From a virus (taxonomy: Duplodnaviria; Caudoviricetes), in IMG/VR virus record IMGVR_UViG_3300020045_007673, positions 1-59,716 of that record: a stretch of DNA of 59,716 bases. One strand, written 5' to 3'. A program made the position numbers and the translations under genes. Numbering within the stretch: position 1 is the stretch's first letter; the number at the start of each line of letters is the position of its first letter. The notes beneath the pieces were generated by a model. It did not search any database. It was not told where the DNA came from and saw only the letters and a list, made by a program, of their open reading frames with translations. Shown here piece by piece: positions 56,324-59,716 of this stretch.

Positions 56324-56980
56324 ATGGCTGGTGCCCGACAACTATCAACGTTCGCCAAAGGCGGAGCGGTTCTCGACGACAAGCGCGACATGCTGGAGCA
56401 ATCCCCGCTCGCCGCGATCTTCTCGCGGGCCGAATGGCTCAAGCGCCAGTTGCGTGACATCCTCCAGAATCCCGCCGCTCGCGTTGAACAGATGGGTGAT
56501 ATCCAGAATCAGTCATTGCGTGAAGACCCGCTAACCATGATGTCTAATTTCATCGCTCCTGGGGTTGGTGGGGTGATGAAGCCTCCGGGGAAAGATTGGC
56601 TGAAGATCCTGAATAAGCCTGTTACGGCGAGTGATTCGCTTAACCTTGGCATTACAGATTCGCTTTTTTACAAAGGGCAGTCCGCAGAAGAAGCGTCGGA
56701 TGTAGCAACTGCTATAGCTAGTGGAGTTGATCCTAAAATAATAGGAGCGGCTCTAATGCGTAGTGATTGGATCGAAAGAAAAATACCTATTCCAGAACGG
56801 ATTAAGCTTCGCAAGGCCGAACTTGAAGATTTCGACCACGAATTTTCTCCCCCTGTTGAAAATGTTTCGGAAGCAAAAGACATACTCAAAGGTTTCGCTT
56901 CCGGCGGCTCAGTCCGCGCCCCAGTAAAAACCACCGCCGACCTATCAGCGGTAATTGCATCACTCCAACAAGGTATTTAA
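56324..56980 (+). CDS. Hypothetical protein with FAKGGAV/FASGGSV motifs
   Basis: AAGGAA RBS. Lies between terL and the portal gene. Confidence 0.65.
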   Translation: MAGARQLSTFAKGGAVLDDKRDMLEQSPLAAIFSRAEWLKRQLRDILQNPAARVEQMGDIQNQSLREDPLTMMSNFIAPGVGGVMKPPGKDWLKILNKPVTASDSLNLGITDSLFYKGQSAEEASDVATAIASGVDPKIIGAALMRSDWIERKIPIPERIKLRKAELEDFDHEFSPPVENVSEAKDILKGFASGGSVRAPVKTTADLSAVIASLQQGI

Positions 56981-56981
56981 C

Positions 56982-59693
56982 ATGGAACCAGTCGCCACCC
57001 GCGAAGCATTCGAGGAAGACGCTGAACTACCTATCACCGAGTTAGATGATGGTTCCGCCATTGTAGAAATACCCGAGGAAACCGCCTCGGAATCTGATTT
57101 TTACTCGAATCTCGCGGAAGAACTGGACTTCTTCACCCTCAATTCCATCGCGACCGACTACCTTGAACTGATTGAGAAGGACAAGGAAGCCCGCAAGAAG
57201 CGCGACGAGCAGTATGCCGAAGGTATCCGCCGTACCGGACTAGGCGACGACGCCCCAGGCGGCGCGCAGTTCGATGGCGCGTCCCGCGTGGTGCATCCGG
57301 TATTGGCCGAGGGTTGTGTTGACTTCGCGGCTCGGGCGATCAAGGAGCTATTCCCCGCCAACGGGCCGGTACGCACCAAGATAATCGGCGAATCGAACAG
57401 CAAAAAGCTTGATAAAGCCAAGAAAAAGCGCGATTTTCTGAATCACATCTTGATTAATCGTGTCCAAGAGTACCGGGCCGAGAAGGAAATACTACTCACG
57501 CAGCTTCCGCTAGGCGGGTCGCAGTACGAAAAGTACTACCGCGACCCGAGCAAGAAGCGGATTTGCATGGAATTCGTGCCGGTGGATAAGGTGTTGCTGC
57601 CGTATTCCGCCGCCTCGTTCTACACCTCGCCTCGGGTAACGCACGTTCAGGACGACATCACCGAAGCGCTGTTTGAACGCCGCGTCAAGGCGGGTTTCTA
57701 CGTCGATATTGACAACATCATAACTTCCGAATCGCCGGACGGAACCAGTTCCGAACGCGCCACGGATAAGATTGAAGGCAAATCGGAGAATGAGTACAAC
57801 GAAGATGGCTTGCGAACAATTTATGAAATCTCCTGTGAAATGGACTTGGAAGACGACGGAAACGTCGCGCCCTATATCCTACACATCGATGAGCCAACGA
57901 GCAAAGTCCTCGCTATCTACCGCAACTGGGAAGAAAATGACGAAACGCAACAGCGTCAGGAATTTTGGGTTGAGGACAAGTTCCTCCCCTGGCGGGGGGC
58001 TTATGGTATTGGCTTGCCTCACCTTATTGGCGGCCTTGCTGCCGCTCTTACCGGTGCTCTACGCGCTTTACTTGATTCTGCACACATTAACAATTCTCCC
58101 GGTGCTGTAAAACTCAAGGGTGGGCGTACTTCCGGGCAGAATCTTTCCATCCCGCAGACCGGAGTGGAAGAGATCGAAGCACCAGCGGGTGTCGATGACA
58201 TCCGCAAGATGATTATGCCGTTGCCGTTCAATCCGCCGTCGGCGGTATTGTTCCAGTTGCTAGATTGGATCACGGCGCAAGCCAAGGGTGTAGTCGCCAC
58301 TGCTGAGGAAAGGATTGCCGACGCAGGCAATCAAATGCCGGTCGGCACTACCCTAGCGCTGATCGAGCAGGGTTCGCAGGTATTCTCCAGCATTCATAGC
58401 CGGTTGCATGACTCGCAACGGCGGGCGCTAGCGATCATTTGCCGCCTGATCTCGCAGTACCCCGAGGATTACACCGAGGAATTTGAGAAGTTCGAATTGA
58501 CGGCAGAAGACTTCGCGGAAAACGACGACATCGAGCCGGTATCCGATCCCAACATATTCAGCGAAGCGCAGCGTTACGCGCAGTTGCAAGAGACGCTTAA
58601 AGTTGTTCAACTCTTTCCGCAGTTGGATTGGAAGATCAAGGAAGTTGCCCGGCGTGCCCTGGAATTGCTGCGTATCGATGGCGTGGATTCCATCTTGCCG
58701 AAAGACCCTGAGACGGTAACGTCCGACCCGGTAACGGAAAACGTCGCGGCAGCCAACGGCGCGCCGCTCAAAGCGGTTGCGTTACAGGATCATCTTGCCC
58801 ACGCCATGACTCATGTTGGCTATGTGATGAATCCGATTCACCAACTCAATCCGTCGCCCCAGCCGTATTTGATGGCGATACTGGGTCACGTTGCCGAACA
58901 CTTGAACCTGTACTACCAAGTCGCCGCCCAAGCGCAAGCCGCAGCGGTGTATCAAGAAGACCCAGAACTATCGGCGGATCAGATTGCTATGCGGGCAGCA
59001 AGGGCGGCGCAACAGCAGAACATCGAAACCATCGGACAGTTGGCTCCGATGATTCAACAGGCCACGAAGTTCGCACAAAGCAAGGCTCCGCAACCGCAAT
59101 TGCCGCCGGAGGTACAGACTACCAAAGACCTTGGTATGGCGCAGATCGCCTCTAATGAGAAAGTCGCTCAGGGTAAGCTCCAGGCGGACATGCAGAAGTT
59201 TCAGGCCGAACAGCAAGCCTCGCAAGCTGCCGAACAGCTTCGCATGCAAATCGCGCAAATGCAGGAATCCAACAAGAGCGCGATTGCTCAGATGGCCGCA
59301 CAAAGCGAGGCCCAACTCGCGATGCAACACGAACAAAACGCCACCGCGTTGGAGCGCATGCGTCAGCAGGTTGAGATTATGAAGAACGACCGCGACAATG
59401 AGCAGCGCCAGATGACGGATCTACTGAAGAATCGCGACGACAATCAGACCAATATCTTGATTGAGCGCATGAAACAGGAACTCGCCCCGGCCCTCACTCC
59501 TCAGGTGGATACCGGCGGCAACGACGAAATGCTCAAACAAATGCAGGAAATGTTGAATGCTATTGAGAAAGCCAAGACCGGCGACGCCTTGACTGCGGCG
59601 GTGGACGGCTTGCGCCAGATGATGGCCGGGCAGCGCGAACATCAAACCAACATGCTTGGCATGGCTCAACAACTGTTGTCTAGCGAAGTTTAA
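56982..59693 (+). CDS. Portal protein (P22-like, long C-terminal helical barrel)
   Basis: HPVL.E.CVDF.ARA.KELFP..GPV, YGIG.PHL.G and PVGTTLALIE motifs, with a Q/A-rich coiled-coil tail. Confidence 0.85.
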   Translation: MEPVATREAFEEDAELPITELDDGSAIVEIPEETASESDFYSNLAEELDFFTLNSIATDYLELIEKDKEARKKRDEQYAEGIRRTGLGDDAPGGAQFDGASRVVHPVLAEGCVDFAARAIKELFPANGPVRTKIIGESNSKKLDKAKKKRDFLNHILINRVQEYRAEKEILLTQLPLGGSQYEKYYRDPSKKRICMEFVPVDKVLLPYSAASFYTSPRVTHVQDDITEALFERRVKAGFYVDIDNIITSESPDGTSSERATDKIEGKSENEYNEDGLRTIYEISCEMDLEDDGNVAPYILHIDEPTSKVLAIYRNWEENDETQQRQEFWVEDKFLPWRGAYGIGLPHLIGGLAAALTGALRALLDSAHINNSPGAVKLKGGRTSGQNLSIPQTGVEEIEAPAGVDDIRKMIMPLPFNPPSAVLFQLLDWITAQAKGVVATAEERIADAGNQMPVGTTLALIEQGSQVFSSIHSRLHDSQRRALAIICRLISQYPEDYTEEFEKFELTAEDFAENDDIEPVSDPNIFSEAQRYAQLQETLKVVQLFPQLDWKIKEVARRALELLRIDGVDSILPKDPETVTSDPVTENVAAANGAPLKAVALQDHLAHAMTHVGYVMNPIHQLNPSPQPYLMAILGHVAEHLNLYYQVAAQAQAAAVYQEDPELSADQIAMRAARAAQQQNIETIGQLAPMIQQATKFAQSKAPQPQLPPEVQTTKDLGMAQIASNEKVAQGKLQADMQKFQAEQQASQAAEQLRMQIAQMQESNKSAIAQMAAQSEAQLAMQHEQNATALERMRQQVEIMKNDRDNEQRQMTDLLKNRDDNQTNILIERMKQELAPALTPQVDTGGNDEMLKQMQEMLNAIEKAKTGDALTAAVDGLRQMMAGQREHQTNMLGMAQQLLSSEV

Positions 59694-59716
59694 AGGGGTA
59701 TTCAAATGGCTACAGG

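Noticed and set aside
59706-59716. Circular join of the window ends
   Set aside because: ATG GCT ACA GG at the end would continue into frame 2 at base 1, not the LamG frame 1, and no terminal overlap is visible.
1-59716. Genome-wide TAG reassignment
   Set aside because: Large genes have no internal TAG, several genes end properly at TAG, and no suppressor tRNA or release factor gene was seen.

Overview
The window is most or all of a tailed dsDNA bacteriophage genome with podovirus-like (P22/short-tail) morphogenesis genes. No integrase, repressor or canonical tRNA was recognised. The two ends do not join in frame, so it is probably not a closed circle. Plus strand, 52603-59716 and 1-27019: TerS-like gene, terminase large subunit with an intein, portal, GroES-like chaperonin, scaffold, major capsid, adaptors, tail fibres, an embedded lysis cassette and large internal/ejection proteins. 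Minus strand, 27177-47891: small early genes, RuvC, Cas4-like nuclease, DUF669 SSB, Sak4-like ATPase, family-B-like DNA polymerase, and a compact thymidine hypermodification cluster (TS/dUMP hydroxymethylase, 5-hmdU DNA kinase, P-loop kinase, amino acid:DNA transferase, PLP enzyme, HD nucleotidase, DUF3310). A helicase and a primase-polymerase lie at 48051-52241, followed by an iteron-like origin candidate. Most notable observations: (1) a terminase intein whose whole central linker is overprinted by an HNH endonuclease gene in another reading frame; (2) the T-hypermodification pathway, lacking a radical SAM or flavin enzyme, in a podo-like genome with a B-type polymerase; (3) three small genes interrupted by in-frame TAG codons in the identical context G-TAG-CGC-A; (4) homing endonucleases that appear to have captured the C-terminus of their upstream gene; (5) a phage-specific promoter family with a 103-bp exact repeat; (6) two structured RNA candidates. 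All product calls come from motif recognition by eye, not database searches.
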